Positions 23,384 through 35,615 of a stretch of DNA of 64,000 nucleotides are shown here, piece after piece. Positions within the stretch are counted from its first letter, which is position 1, and every line of letters starts with the position of its first letter. This DNA is from Octopus vulgaris (taxonomy: Eukaryota): positions 78,678,001 through 78,742,000 of the forward strand of contig OX597827.1 of the NCBI GenBank assembly GCA_951406725.2. The letters run 5' to 3'. The position numbers were made by a program, and so were the translations under genes. Under the pieces are notes generated by a model that had not been told where the DNA came from, made no database searches, and saw only the letters and a program-made list of their open reading frames with translations.

Positions 23384-23945
23384 ATCTGACATAAGTTGTT
23401 TTATCATAACAATAAAATAATTACTGAGGTGAATTTTAATAGCCAATCAAATTTACAGCATATTTTCACCCCTTTATTTTGGCAGACTGAGTATTCCCAT
23501 AGCAGCTCCTTCCATATTGAACAGCTGTGACTATAGAACCTCATTTGTGTTTCGGTTCTTGACAGCCGATCTATGTTTGATAGCTTCCGTGTTGGCACCC
23601 TGTACAGTGGGAGGAGCACACCCTGAACATTTGATTCTAAATGCAGCCAGCAAATTTAGACGGGTTTATTTCATTGAAATTATAGGATTTATTTATTGAA
23701 GTGTCTTCAGTTTTAAGATTACATTTTGGATATCATATAACAACTTATGACAAACCATACATATTCGCATCTATACATACACACATACAGATATATATCT
23801 TCAAATATGCACACATTTATATATACATATATATATATATCTATATATATACACACACATGCATATATATATATAAATATATACACATGCATATATATAT
23901 ATATATATATATACACATGCATATATATATATATATATATACACA

Positions 23946-23986
<41 letters not shown>

Positions 23987-25079
23987 GTATATATATATAT
24001 ATATATATACACATATAAGCATAAATACACAATATATATATAATCTATCTCTATACACACACGTGTATATATATATATGCACATTAATGTATATGAAAAT
24101 GAAAGAAAGGGCCAAAGCATTTGACAATGAGGAGAGAGAGAGAGAGTAAAGTGTTATTAGGGTGGAGGGAGAACACATTTGCAGGTGTGTTTACACATCT
24201 GGGAATGTGTTGACATATTAGATTGTGTAGTAAGCAATATTATTATTATTATCATCATTATTGAAGTCATCATCATCATCAATGTAACCCATACCAAGTG
24301 CACGATGCACCTTATTAGAACATACAGAAGCTTTTGCACCTGGCCGCCACTGTCATCCACAGCGTGTGTGTTAGTGTGTTGCTGTTTGGTGTACACATGT
24401 TGGTGTTGTAGTTGTGTAGCCCCTCCCCCCCACCTTACCAAATTCAACCTGACCTTTGCTATGCAGGGAGTTGGCCGAAACGGTTCAACTCCCAGCTTGC
24501 AGTGATAAACCGTGTGGAACAGCAGCACAGCCTGGCCACTGTCCATTCCATTTCGGTAGGCCCAAAGATTCTGGTCAAAGCAAGGAAGGTGGACTTGGTC
24601 AGAGAACAACAGTTGCGTTTCCTCTGCACTTACCATTCATGCTGTGCAACTCAGCACAGTGCATGAGGCCTAGTGGTGTTGCAGCTATTTCTCTGTGTGT
24701 GTTTTCTGTGTTTGTCTGAGCCGTGTAAGAGAGATGGTGTTTGTAGGACGATGCTATACCAGTGTTCAGAAGTGCTGTGTTCATGTTTGGGGGTTTGGAA
24801 ATGGTTTTTTTTTCTTATGGTGGCATGGTTGGAATCTGTTCCAGAAATAACCAGTGCCCTTTGCTTGTCCGATGTGTGTGTGTGTGTGTGTGTGAATGTG
24901 AAGAGGTTTACCAACAGTTCGTACAGGGGTGTGTTGAAGAGGGTGCATATGGTGAAGCACGTAGGGGAAGGTGGACAATAGTATGGTGAATAGAGAGAGA
25001 AAGGGACCAGTAAGGATGATGCCAGCATTGCAGGGGTCTGAACAAAGACAGGTGAGGTGGGTGGGATGGAGTAGAAAAA

Positions 25080-25118
<39 letters not shown>

Positions 25119-28100
25119 AGACTGAGAGACTATAGGAAGACAGAGCTATGCAGTGGTAGGGAGCCACAAAGAAATCGTTCAATGTCTACATGGTGGTGTG
25201 TTTACTGGTAGGATACTTCTAATAATAATGAAGGTTTCAAATCCTACCCAGTCAAGCTATATCTCGCTTGCCAGAAGAGGTAATCTTTTACACAAACTAT
25301 TAGGTTCTGTAGGGAAGGAACTGAACAACCTTCTAGATTTTGTAGCATGAAGTAAATGAGCCACACAGGGATTTTTGCAGGAAGGCCCAGAATCCATTTT
25401 CCAGTAAGGTAAGTTAGATACCTGAAAGAAAGCTTGTTACCCAGCTCCACAATAATACGTTTATAGTAGAATATTATTGATATTGTCTATTTGGCCCTTT
25501 TCTTACTTTTACGAACCCCAGTGAAGAAAATGACAGGACATAATATCACAAACAAGCAGAGATAGGTAGAGCTGCTATACTCGTCTTTACCATTTTGCAA
25601 GACTACAGAGACATAATAAACACTATTATAGACTTAAACTCCCTCCACTCTTCCAGTGGCCACCACCATCAAACTACTGTGGGTGATATCAAGCATATTG
25701 CAATGCATAGAACATCATCATCGTTTAACGTCTGCTTTCCATGCTAGCATGGGTTAGACGATTTTGACTGAGGGCTGGCGAACCAGATGGCCACACCAGG
25801 CTCCAATCTTGATTTGGCAGAGTTTCTACAGCTGGATGCCCTTCCTAACACCAACCACTCCGAGAGTGTAGTGGGTGCTTTTTACATGCCAGTCAGGCGG
25901 TACTGGCAATGACCTCGCTCGGGCAAATAGCAATAAAACTTCTCATCATACTAATAGCAAAATTGGTGGAGCAACACAATGAGGAGTTAACTAGCTCATG
26001 ATATTTGGTTCTATACCTATTTCTTTATTACCCACAAGGGGCTAAACATAGAGGGGACAAACAAGGACAGACAAAGGGATTAAGTAGATTACATCAACCC
26101 CAGTCCGAAACTAGTACTTTATTTATCAACCCTGAAAGGATGAAAGGCAAAGTCGACCTCGGCGGAATTTGAACTCACAACATAACGGCAGATGAAATAC
26201 TGCTAAGCATTTCGCCCGGCGTGCTAACGTTTCTGCCAGCTCGCCACCCTTGGTTCTATACCTTTATACTTTGAGTTCAAATCCTGCTAAGGCTGACAAA
26301 AGTACCAACATAAAAATGAACTAAAACTTTCTCTGTCCCACTTGTGGTATTTTAGTCCAATGGAGAAGCGATGCACTGATGGTCCCTACAGATCTTTCTA
26401 GATTGATAAGGTCATACATGTGGAAGTTTAGATTGAACTCTTGGAAATCAACAACCTGTAAGGAAGTGGGGGAGGGGGGATAGGGAGTTCCAAAGGTCCC
26501 CCGGGGAAGAAAGGATTGGAATACAGAGTTTAGTGAGATATTTGTTGAATGAGAATAGGGATAATGAAACGGGAAGAAACAAACCCTTAAATTTATAGCA
26601 ACTTGGAAGGTTTAAATTTTGTGTTAGTATTTCTTGTCCTTTTTAAAAAAAAAACAAAAAAACTGCCAATTCTTAAACTGTTAGCAGAAATAATATTACT
26701 AACAAGTATTGTATCGTTATCATTATTTAGGCAGCAAATGAGCAGAATTGCCAGCAAGCCAAACAAAATGCTCAACATTTCATCTGGACATTGAGCTCAA
26801 ACTCTTTTTGAGGTTGACAAAATGAGTACCAGTTGTGCACTGGGGTCAATGCAATCAACTAGTCCCATACCCCAAAATTTCTAGCCTTGTGCCTATAGTA
26901 GAAAGGATTATTATTATTATTATTATTAGGGAAATAAACCAACAGAAACAAAGGTGATGAACTAAATGTTTGCAATATTTAGTTGTATCTCTTTTTATTT
27001 CTAAGTTTAAACTCCATCAGGGTTTATTGTCTTCCATCTCTCTGAGATTGATAAAACAACAACTGGAAACGTATTCAACTGACTACATTCCCACCATAGC
27101 CACCACAACACACACTCAAACTTGAATGGTTTTGTCAGAATGCCAGAAACCAAATATTGTCAGAAAGTAGGACAAAGTGCCCTGCTGTGTTTCTTTCAGC
27201 TCCCTAAGTCCCAACTTCAAATTTTGAGGCCAATTTCATCATTCATCAATCTGGGGTCAATGCAATTGATTAACCCCCTGCTCTCAAAAGTGTTGGTCAT
27301 GTGTCTAAATCTGAAACATTATTACAATTGAAATGGCAATGCAGTGGCCTAAATGCCTCACCCTAGTGTATTCCCTCTCAGCATTTTTATTAAAAACTGC
27401 CAACATTACATGGTGGTCTTTTAATCCTAGAATTAACTTAAACCACCAGCTTAATGGAGCTGGTTATAATAAATCAATCCATTAATCTCCTTCCTCAGAA
27501 ATTAGCAGCCCAATGCCAAATCCCCTTTATTAGCACAGTGGAATTGCTGTAAACTGAGTCTTTGGATTACTCTGCACTCCATTGCTGACAACACTGTCTT
27601 AATTCACTTCAGTCCTTTCTGACATCCCAACTTGACTAAAATATACAGCAGGAAGAAGGGGCTGTTGTTATTTACCAATCAGACAGGTCCTGATTATAAC
27701 AAACCCATGATGAAAGGGATTTCAGCAGTTGCAACCCAGTTTCTGTTTTTCTAGGTAAAGTGTACCTGGGACTACATCATCCAAAGTGAGCCTCTTCATT
27801 ATAAAACAGTATTGCCACCCCACCTCTTCTTTGGTTTACATTAGCCAATGTATTAATTTAATGACCCAGTTAAAAGGGGAAGGACAGCATCCATGACCCA
27901 ATTAAGGGTGTCCAAGATTGGTGGAAGAATGACAGAAGTTGTCAGAGCAGAGACCCCATCTCATCACCTACAACAGAGGGTGACTATGTTTAAGAGAGGC
28001 GAGGGGCAAAGTAGTGGAGTTGAAACTTCAGGGAAATCTGCTAATTCTAGCAGATTCAATGACTAGAGAGGCTCCCTTGTTGGTTGTTGCACATAAATCT

Positions 28101-28529
28101 TATCTCAAGACATCCTCAATGAGCTGCCCCAGTAAAGGTACACTGTAAAGCGACTTGGATGAATATCCCTGGACCAGGAGATAAAAGACAAAGTGACTCA
28201 ACATTTTTGTACCTGACCCCTTCCTTTGTCTTGTCTTGCCAACACAGACTATCTCCAGCCCATCACCCAGTCCACCGATGTTAATGACTCTACTTTTAGG
28301 GACAGGACATGATTTTGTCTGCCATAGACAGGTTCCACTGATCTGCTGGCAGACAAAGTCACAACAAGTGAGAAACAAGACTGCCTAAACCCAGCCAATC
28401 TTAAGGTAGTCATGGAAACTCTTTGTAAATTAATAAAACATGACACTTTCATATTATCTACAGCCACGCTTCACCCAAATCATATTTTTAAGTATTCCTC
28501 AATAAGCTTCCCATAAAACAGGTTTTCTC

Positions 28530-28762
28530 AACCATTTCTTTGTCATATTTTCATTGAAATAAACTGTCTTCGATCCAATTAATTTTTAAAACAACAAAGA
28601 ATTCACTAAAATAACTTTGTTGTTATTAATCTGATGTTTTGGAGTATAAATTAAGATTAAATTTTGATGGAAAGTTTCCGTTTTAAATCACGTTAAGACA
28701 GGGAGGTTTTAACATCAGACAAGAAGTGGTCTCGTTGGGCAGGTTCACATCAGAAGGGTTAA
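28530..28762. mobile_element. Old piggyBac-type MITE copy
   Basis: Similar to 35405-35615; ends gaagggTTAA. Confidence 0.5.
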
Positions 28763-29250
28763 TTAGTCACGGGAGGAGGTGGAACCCCACAACTTTTACA
28801 GGAACTACCAGATGGGTGAGGATGTGAACACCTGCAGGTTGGAGCTTATTGGGAGGGTCCGGCAGGTAGGAGCAGCAGGGAGAAATGATTGGATGAAAGG
28901 TTTTAGTGCATGGTTTGGTAAGGAGGAGAGGTGAGACACTGAAATGAATGGAAAGGAGAGAGAGATGTCGGGGGTGGGGGTGGACTGGATGTGCACTGAA
29001 TGGGGTTGGAAGGTTTATAAAAGCATTATGAGTAGAAAGCAGTACTTAAAGCTTAAGTTTGATGTTTTAGTGGCCCCAGTTTCTGAGAAGTCACAGTGGA
29101 AATGTAAATCTGAACACAGGTATTGTTTTGGGAGTGGACCCACCTGCCAGTATATAGGCTCAACCATTATTTAGCGCCTGTCTTTCTACATAAGGTGTCA
29201 AATTACATTTTGCATTTTGTTGGTAGACAACTTCATGATACTGTGGTGTG

Positions 29251-29282
<32 letters not shown>

Positions 29283-29671
29283 CCTATATCTGTGAGTGTA
29301 TATGCATATACAGATACAAACACAAGTGTATATGCATATACAGATACAAACACGAGTGTATATGCATATACAGATACAAACACACATGTAATTGTATTAT
29401 CTTCGTACATCCACACGTGTACATATGTTTACGTATGTTTATATCTATACACACACACACACACGAGTACATATGTTTACGTGTGTATATCCTTTATGTA
29501 TACACACACACAAACATGCACACATGTTTATGCATATGTAAATATACACACATACACACGGTAAGCTGCAACTAAACATGAGGCAAACATCTAATCATCT
29601 ATCAACACAATTCAGCATTTTTGCCCAAATTCTTGCCATCAGGATTGTTGTTGTTGTTGTTGTGAAAGGGT

Positions 29672-31993
29672 TCAGATGGAAGGTTTGTGTTTGTCAACCC
29701 CTCCAGACCCAACACTGTTGCCACTTGCACCTCGCTTGCTCTGCTTTGGTACAACATTGCAGGAAAATGCACTCTGTGTGTTTGAGCCGTTGTTAGGGCC
29801 CCACCCGGGCGACCCCCACTGGGATGACATTGGGAAACCCCTTGGCCAGCTGCCGTAGTTACCACCCCACGACTGCATCATCTGATGATGCGTGTACGAT
29901 GAAGGGATTGACAACGGTTGCAGTCGCAGGGCTGCGGCAGCTGCAGCAGACGTGTGGTGCGGGGAGATGGAGTGAGGAGGGTGTGGGGACTGGGCGGGAG
30001 GCTGGAAACTCCTGTTGTGTGAGTGGGGCTCATCAGCTGAGGTATTGTGTGGGTGTTGTGATGAATGGGGGAGAGGCGGATGTGGAGAGTGCGGTGACGG
30101 AGAAGACGATGGCGTGTGCTGTTGCTGCTGGTGATGGGGTGATGGGGAGTGGTGCGAGTGGTGCAAGGGGGGAGAGGTGGCAGTCTGGGGTGGATGGATG
30201 TTCACTCTGGCCGATGACTTTCCCTTCCCAGAGAGGGGGGCTTGCTGACACATTCCACTAGTGGGAGCAGACCCAGTGCTATCAGGAGTATTAGAACCAC
30301 TGCCTCCATTACTATTGTTATTACTATTATTATTAGTATTAGTATTAGCATTATTGTTGTTGTTATTGTCATTAGCAGTGTTGGGTGTGTTAGTTGTGTT
30401 GTTGTTGTTGCTAAGGGGTTTGTTTTGGCTCAATGCCTTAGCACTAGCTGCTTGGGCACAGGCATGGCTGTTTAAGTTGGCCCTTTGAGCAAAGCCCTTT
30501 TTACAAATGTCACACGTGTAAGGTTTTTGGATGAGTGGCGGTGGCACTACAGGTATGCGAATACATTCATGATGATTTAAGTTAGACCTCTGACTAAATG
30601 ATTTCTTGCACACCCCACACGTGTACGGCTTGACGCCCGTGTGGGTGCGTTCGTGGATCGTAAGGTTGGCTTTCTGAGGAAATGTCTTTTCACAGTAAGA
30701 ACACTGATAAGGTTTTAGTCCCGTGTGAGTGCGTTCATGTATATCCAAGTTAGCTCGCTGAGAGAATGATTTGTCGCACACAGAACATCGATATGGCTTC
30801 AGGCCTGTGTGAACACGTTCGTGAATGTTTAAATTTGCACGCTGGCTGAAACCTTTCAGACATATTGCACATGTGAATGGCTTTTCTCCTGTATGAGTGC
30901 GCTCGTGTATGTCCAAATTTGCTCGCTGCGGAAACGCCTTACGGCAGTATGAACACTGAAACGGTTTCTCACCAGAGTGCGTGCGTTCATGTATGTCCAA
31001 GTTAGCACGTTGGCTGAACGACTTGGTACATACTGAACATGAGAACGGTTTCTCCCCAGTATGAATGCGTTCGTGGATGTGTAGATTCGCCCGGAGAGAA
31101 AATGCCTTGTCACAGACAGAGCACTTGTAAGGTTTCACACCTGTGTGGACACGTTCATGAATATTCAAATTAGCTCGTTGGCTAAAACTTTTTTTGCAAA
31201 TACCACAGACGAACGGTTTTTCCCCCGTGTGTGTACGTTCGTGGATATTCAGGTTGGCTCTCTGAGGAAACGACTTGGGACAAAACGAACACTGAAACGG
31301 TTTGATGCCTGTGTGTGTACGTTCGTGGATATCCAGGTTGGCACGCTGGCTGAAGCTCTTCTGGCAAAAACTGCAACTGAACGGTTTCTCCCCAGTGTGG
31401 GTTCGCTCGTGAATCTTCATGTTCGCCTTCAGAGAAAAGGATTTTGGACAATAGCTACATTTGAATGGTTTCTCTCCGGTATGAGACCTTTCATGGATGT
31501 GCAGATTGGCACGTTGGGCAAAGGCTTTTCGACAGAAAGTGCAGTTGAACGTTTTCTCTGTTGTACTCGTTGAAACGGTTCCAGAACCTCGACCACGACC
31601 CCGTCCTCCACCCCGGCCCACCCCTTGGTTAGGGTGGGAATTCATGTGGGGTAAAAGATGGGAGTGGCTGAGTGAATGTGAATTGGAATGAATGGCATCG
31701 GCGTTGGGTACGTTGAGGCAGTTCTTGAAGTTGCCGCCATTTTTACCAGATTCTGGAAACGGTTTCCAGCACATACTGCCGTTGTCGGGCAACACCTGCT
31801 TGTGGTCGGTTGAATGCTGAGAATGTGGTGACATTGGGCCCTGAGGTGTTGTTGAGGTAGGGGGGTGTGAAGGGGCCGACCCATTGTCACTGCAGCCGTT
31901 CAAGTGGTGGTGGTCAATCTGAGAGAAACCACGGCTACAGATGTCATAGTCAAAAGGTCTATCCACTGGGTACATCGACTGTACCGGGTACAT
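29672..31993 (-). CDS. C2H2 zinc-finger protein (773 aa; 11 tandem C2H2 fingers plus 2 atypical CxxC..HxC fingers; N/H/P-rich C-terminus)
   Basis: Intact ORF with TGEKP-type linkers and CxxC-x12-HxxxH repeats. Strong acceptor (T-rich)...ccAG at 32170-32172 upstream, so the exon starts at 32169 with 5' UTR. Confidence 0.95.
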   Translation of the reverse strand: MYPVQSMYPVDRPFDYDICSRGFSQIDHHHLNGCSDNGSAPSHPPTSTTPQGPMSPHSQHSTDHKQVLPDNGSMCWKPFPESGKNGGNFKNCLNVPNADAIHSNSHSLSHSHLLPHMNSHPNQGVGRGGGRGRGRGSGTVSTSTTEKTFNCTFCRKAFAQRANLHIHERSHTGEKPFKCSYCPKSFSLKANMKIHERTHTGEKPFSCSFCQKSFSQRANLDIHERTHTGIKPFQCSFCPKSFPQRANLNIHERTHTGEKPFVCGICKKSFSQRANLNIHERVHTGVKPYKCSVCDKAFSLRANLHIHERIHTGEKPFSCSVCTKSFSQRANLDIHERTHSGEKPFQCSYCRKAFPQRANLDIHERTHTGEKPFTCAICLKGFSQRANLNIHERVHTGLKPYRCSVCDKSFSQRANLDIHERTHTGLKPYQCSYCEKTFPQKANLTIHERTHTGVKPYTCGVCKKSFSQRSNLNHHECIRIPVVPPPLIQKPYTCDICKKGFAQRANLNSHACAQAASAKALSQNKPLSNNNNTTNTPNTANDNNNNNNANTNTNNNSNNNSNGGSGSNTPDSTGSAPTSGMCQQAPLSGKGKSSARVNIHPPQTATSPPLHHSHHSPSPHHQQQQHTPSSSPSPHSPHPPLPHSSQHPHNTSADEPHSHNRSFQPPAQSPHPPHSISPHHTSAAAAAALRLQPLSIPSSYTHHQMMQSWGGNYGSWPRGFPMSSQWGSPGWGPNNGSNTQSAFSCNVVPKQSKRGASGNSVGSGGVDKHKPSI

Positions 31994-33120
31994 TTTAGCC
32001 CTTCAAGTAAGAGATTAAGGAGAGAACATTAAGATGATGACTAATCCATTTGGATCACAGATCTTCAATGGAGTGAAAGATGATTTCAAATCTCCTCCCT
32101 CGAACTCTTCTCAGCAGTAACTCACAAATTATTGATATCTTGTCCTTTGGGATTCTTTTCACACGTTTTCTGGAAAAAAAAAAAAGAAAAAATACAATGA
32201 ATATAATGAAACAAATTGATAATAATAATAATAATGATGATGATGATGATGATGATAATCCTTTCTGCTTAATAATGGTTTCAAATTTTGGCACAAGGCC
32301 AGCAATAATAATAATTATTGGTACAAGGCCTAACTTAAGTGGACAAGGAAACGTTGATTCCAGTGAGCCCCAAACTTGAATGGTGCTTTATTTTATTGAT
32401 CCTAAAAGGATGAAAAATAAAAAATAAAGTTGTCCAAGGCAGGATTTGAATTCAGAATGTAAAGAGCTGGAACAAATACCACAAGGTATTTTTGTGACAT
32501 TCTAACAATTCTACCAATAACACACATCACACAGACAACATCCAACAATCCACACACCAAAGGGGAACCCTCTGTGGGGTCACTGATAGAAGAAACAGGA
32601 GATGAATTCACCTCAAGTCATATCCTACCATCTTGAAAAAGAAACAAATTGTTTAAATGTAGTTGTAGACAGAATAAATTTAGGCTGAAATAGATTTGAT
32701 GATAAATGTGTCTAATTTGGGCCAATCTGGGACTAAGAAGAGAAATGACAAGTTACAAAGCACACACTGTACAGAGATATCACTCTACTCCACTATCACT
32801 AACTCACTGACCTCATATTCAACTGAATAACATCATTTACTGGCACATTGCTGGCTACGGTGACAGTTGCTCCAGTGGACCCAACTAATGGAACAGCCTG
32901 TCGGTAAAATTAACATGCAAGTGGCTGAGTACTCCACTGGCATTTGCACTCTTGACACAGTTCTCAGGATGATTCAGTGAGAAACAGGACATGACAAGGC
33001 TGGCCCTTTGAAATCCAGCTACAACTCATTCTGGTCAGCTGAGTGAACTGGAGCAATATGATACTGAAATGTCTTGCTCAAGGACACAACGTATCACCAG
33101 GAATTGAACTTGTGATCTTA

Positions 33121-33663
33121 TCATCATCATCATTGTTTGACCGTGGTCGAGACAATGGAATTTATTATGTCACGCCAGACTTCACGGTCCATCATGGCAT
33201 TACGGAGGTCCCGTTGCTTGATGTCTGTATCCCTGGAGATTACATCAGGGTAGGAGAATGTGCACCCTCTGGTATCGCGAGCAGATGGCTTCCAGAGGAG
33301 AAGAGTAGAAATTACCTCGTTTTCAGCTCTACAACAATGTCCAGCAAACTGGACTCTCCTACCTTTCACAAGAGATGACACAGGTGGTAGTTTCCCATAT
33401 ATTTGTACTTTGGTTGGATGACGCTTCCACAAGAGATTTCGAGCTCTCATTAGGAGGCGAGTGTAAGTTCCATCCAACCGCCTCTCAAGCTTCTTTGATA
33501 ATGTCCAGGTTTCTGAGCCATATAGTAGAATTGGTTCGACTGTGGTTTTGAAGATTTTAAGTTTGAAATCTCTACTTAGATTTGATGACCAGATCTTATG
33601 CATATCATTACAGGCTGACCAGGCCATACCCTTTCTAGTAAGAAAATCTTTTTCAGATGATGA
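33121..33663 (-). mobile_element. RTE-clade LINE 3' fragment (5'-truncated) with (TGA)n tail
   Basis: KLKIFKTTVEPILLYGSETWTL..RRVQFAGH is the typical RTE post-RT domain; possible TSD tgatctta/tgatttta. Confidence 0.9.
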
Positions 33664-33799
33664 TTTTAAAACTGTAAGCCAAAATAACCTTGCCACTTAT
33701 CCATGCCTCTTCTCTTAACATCATATACTAAAACAATAAAAACAATACCAACCCACACATACTCTACCTAATCCCCATCTGATACAAAAGCACATCTAC

Positions 33800-34230
33800 C
33801 ATGGGTCCTCAGAAATTCAGGGGTTGGTGTCTGGCATGCTGGAGGACCACTGCAAGTGTAGCACCCTTAGCTTTTGTTAAAGCAAGTCCCTAGAACCTGT
33901 TTGAAACCCAGGCTACATCTGCTCCAATAATTGGCAGTGACTTGGTCAGCGAATCCTCTGGGTCACACTATCCCAAAGAGTGTGCATGGGACCAGGAACC
34001 ACGTGTGAACTTGTATTCCCACTGAAACTCCAAACATTAATACTGAGGCCACTAAAGCATCAAATTTAAGCTTTAAATTAAAACAGAAACTGACAGCTAT
34101 GTGACCATGCTATCCAGGGCCAGCCATCGGATGGGGTCAACATTTGTGAGGGATGCGAGGAACTTGTTGGTTGGAACTGGCTGAACCCACCAAGCAAATA
34201 CTGCCACAAGGACAAGTGAGTAATATTAAA
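33800..34230 (+). mobile_element. Old interspersed repeat; related copies 55830-56320 and probably 35880-36170(-)
   Basis: Shared aaacccaggc.acatct.ctccaat...ggtcagc.aatc and cacact.tcccaaag...cttgtattc.cactgaaactccaa blocks. Confidence 0.65.
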
Positions 34231-35404
34231 ACACATTTAACCAATCACACTTCACATACTCTACGCCACACTGTGGCATGCGAGGCTTTCTGAATGGCAA
34301 GCCTTAATGAAGAATTACATTGAAACCCAATCCTTCATTTATAAAATGCAAAGCTGCAAACTAACTCTGGAACCTGGAGGAGCAACAGAAGATCATTGGT
34401 GATTGGTGAAATAATAATAATTTTGAATTTTGGCACAAGGCCAGCAGTTTTGGCAGAGGTGCCAAATCAACTTATTCAACCCCAGGGCTCAACTGACACC
34501 TACTTTACTGACCCCAAAAGGACGAAAGGCAAAGTCAACCTGGGCAGAATTTGAACTCAGAATGCAGAGATGGACAAACTCCTGCTAAGTATCTAACAAC
34601 TTTACCAGCTTGCCATCTTGCATATTAATAATAATCCTTTCTATTATAGGCACAAGGCCTGAAATTTTGTGGGAGGGCCTGGTCAATCACACTGATCCCA
34701 GTACATCACTGGTATTTATTTTATCAATTCTGAAAGGATGAAAGGTAAAAATCGACTTCAATGAGATTTGAACTCAGAAAGTGAAAAATGGAACAAATGC
34801 CACTAAACATTTTGTCCGATGCACAAATGACCCAGCTAGCTCACGGCCTCAACAACAATAATAATAAAAGCTGGTATCTGGTCTCTGTATAGAGTTATGT
34901 TTATTTTTTGACCCTAGGGGGATGAAAAATCAAGTTGACCCAAGCTGGGTTTGAACTCAGCACACAAAGAGATATAGCTAAATACTGAAGGTCATTTATA
35001 GGATGCTCTACCAATTTTGTAATCCATTCAATATGCTGGTAGCATGTAAAAAGTACCAAGTACACTCTGTTAAGCGGTTGGCATTAGGAAGGGCACTGAG
35101 TCATAGAAACCATACCAAAACAGACGGCTGGAGGATGGTGCAGCCCTCCAGCTGGCCATCACCTGCCAAACCATCCAACCCATGCCAGCATGGAAAACAG
35201 ATGTTAAATGATAATTCAAACCAATAATTATAATGATTTAAAATACTGTCACAATGTTGTGAAGGTGGAATGCAATGTTCTGACCTCCACCACACAAGGG
35301 ATGAAAGTTGTCAAAAGATTAATCATTAGTTTTCTTGATTTTTCCCCACATGGCCACTGCCTGGTGTGGAAGAGAACTGGATCCCCTCTCAGTAAATATT
35401 TAAA

Positions 35405-35615
35405 CCCTTTTGTTACCCTATTTCTGTTGAGATGCTTTGTGTTTCTTCAATTGATTTTAAATATAACAAAGGATTTAGTAAAATATCTTAGTTATCATTA
35501 AGCTAGTGTTAGGAATATAAATTGTGACTAAGGTTTGGCGGAAGATTTTAATTCAGAATTTGTGTAAACAAGACATTTGTACTACAGAGCCAGAGGCGGT
35601 TTGGTATCGAAAGGG
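35405..35615. mobile_element. piggyBac-type MITE
   Basis: TIR cccttttgttacc / ggtatcgaaaggg flanked by T(A/T)AA and TTAA. Confidence 0.75.

Noticed and set aside
24157-25182. Cluster of overlapping 80-160 aa ORFs in moderately GC-rich sequence
   Set aside because: No domain signature and interrupted by simple repeats; more likely UTR
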